Of a stretch of 64,000 nucleotides of DNA, positions 62,575 through 64,000 are shown piece after piece. Both the position numbers and the translations under genes were made by a program. The first letter of the stretch is position 1. Every line of letters begins with the position of its first letter. A model generated the notes under the pieces. The model was not told the DNA's origin and did not search any database. It worked only from the letters and a program-made list of their open reading frames with translations. The DNA lies in NCBI GenBank assembly GCA_965153285.1, contig OZ229114.1; one strand, 5' to 3'. This stretch comes from Podarcis tiliguerta (lineage: Eukaryota).

Positions 62575-63120
62575 TATTGTGTTTGGACCTGTATGTGGAA
62601 GACCTGGGTTCAAAATCCCTAGTAAGCTGTGAAACTACCTTTGGTTAAGTCACTCTCTGTCCCAGCAGAATAACCTACCTGAAAGGGTTGCCTACAGGAT
62701 AAAAGGAGATAACCCTATGTATACTGTATCCAGGGGCGGACCTTGGTAATATGAAGCCCTGTGTGAGGCCAAAATTTGACACCCCTCCATCCCAAAACTG
62801 CCTTCACAAAGCTGGGTAAGTGAGGTGCAGGGCTTTGGGAAGGAGGTGTGAGGCTCTGGCAGGGTCCTCCTGCCCCCTTCCCAAAGCTGGGCAAGCACTA
62901 ACTAGGCTTTGGGAAGGAGACAGGAGGACTCTAGGATCCTGCTAGAGCCCTCACACCTGCTTCCCAAAGCCCATCACTTACTAGAGAAGGCAGGAAGGTG
63001 CCCCCTAGGCCCCTTTGCCAGGGTACCAGTAACGCTGCCCTAAACCCACCTCTGCTGTATCTTGAACAACTTAGAGGAAAGGCATGGTACAATTGTGAAA
63101 CACAAATAAATAATAAATAC
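62575..63120 (+). mobile_element. Old MIR-like SINE interrupted by the MITE at 62731-63054
   Basis: B-box-like CCTGGGTTCAAAATCCC and TTAAGTCACTCTCT core before the insert; the SINE 3' end and (TAAA) tail resume after it. Confidence 0.55.
62731..63054 (+). mobile_element. MITE with 7-bp TSD
   Basis: Termini CAGGGGCGGACCTTGG / CAGAGGTGGGTTTAGG; CTGTATC at 62724-30 and 63055-61. Confidence 0.75.
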
Positions 63121-64000
63121 ATGGTTACAGAATTACAGCCCCAAAGCATCTCTCTAGCAAGCCAGGTCTGATAGCTTGACTCTTGGCTGGACGACACAAC
63201 CATATGCCCATGGCGGAGACTGTCAAATAGCCTGTGCAACAAATGGGTGTCAGCTATGGTTTGAGCCTACACAATGCTGTTATACAAGGCTACATGAATG
63301 AGGAAACCCTTCTGGGTTTTGTTCAACAAATCAGCATTGTTAAGAAAGTCCTCAGCCTCTCGGCTTTGGAATGCGGGTTCCAAACAGCTCTTGAAGATGT
63401 GAAGAAACAGGCCATATTTTGTCGGGTATGTTGTGTTTCTTCTGACTACGTGTCTGGGCATTAAAGTAAATGAGATGAGAGACTTCCAGCAAGTCTGAGA
63501 TCCTGAAATATCTCAAAAGTCTAGACACGGGAGGCCCACAGTCACAAATTCTGTGTGGAGGTATGAGGAGGCATTGTGAATCAACACGAAGCAGAAAAAC
63601 ACCGAATGCAAGTAGTATATTATAAGTTATTTAAATTATTATTTTAAGTTATTTATATAAGACAGATACCACACACAATCACCAATCTGTTCACAAGGCA
63701 AGGAAATAAGCACCATGCGCCCACCAAATTGGTTTAAAGGCAGGAAAATCAATGGCCAGAAAATAATGCAGTCATGGCCAACTGTAGCAAATCAAATGCC
63801 ATAATTCACAACATAAACATCACACTCTTTGCTTAGCAATGAACAGTGAGGTTGGGCTCATTGTTTTAAGCCCCTACCACATACAGCTAATAGGAATCAC
63901 ACAGCAGTCTAAATGACAAATATTCTAAAGTCTGTACACAGACCCCAGGTAAATGTAACACATATTTTCCTTTTCTCCAAACTTCCTTTTGGCTGGTTTC

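Noticed and set aside
1-64000. The supplied 60-160 aa ORFs as independent genes
   Set aside because: They are chance intronic ORFs, TE-derived frames (e.g. 5352-5798 is antisense to a Sauria SINE), or exon-plus-intron read-throughs. No coherent domain is seen other than the collagen exons.
61309-64000. The very short (about 8-nt) COL1-start microexon known from mammalian COL13A1
   Set aside because: No matching AG-GNCCNCCN-GT site was found; it presumably lies upstream of the window.
1-64000. CRISPR arrays, operons or other prokaryotic systems
   Set aside because: The sequence is clearly vertebrate intron-exon DNA, with no repeat-spacer array.

Overview
Vertebrate genomic DNA, not prokaryotic. 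Sauria SINEs, CR1-tailed tRNA SINEs and a BovB 3' end point to a squamate, most likely a lacertid lizard (inference). The whole window lies inside one gene on the minus strand: COL13A1 (collagen XIII alpha-1, a transmembrane MACIT collagen). I read 28 short phase-0 GT-AG exons (24-99 nt, 1230 nt, 410 codons) between 61308 and 1369. They encode COL1, NC2, COL2, NC3 and the start of COL3. The 5' exons (cytosolic, transmembrane, NC1) lie beyond 64000, and the rest of COL3 plus NC4 lie before position 1. The rest of the window is intron carrying many SINE, LINE and MITE remnants. None of the supplied long ORFs is a credible standalone gene. Most interesting points: (1) COL2 is remodelled relative to human collagen XIII as I recall it, with four extra Gly-X-Y exons, two apparently absent exons, and a ColQ-like GKRGQR basic motif; (2) readable splicing-code signals, namely RBFOX clusters, a distal branch point, and inverted SINE pairs around cassette exons; (3) a candidate non-collagenous cassette exon inside COL2; (4) a MITE family with 7-bp TSDs; (5) a fold-back BovB insertion; (6) a mammalian-Tigger1-like fragment. 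I found no evidence for a wholly new biological system. Comparisons with human proteins and repeat consensuses are from memory and need to be checked by alignment.
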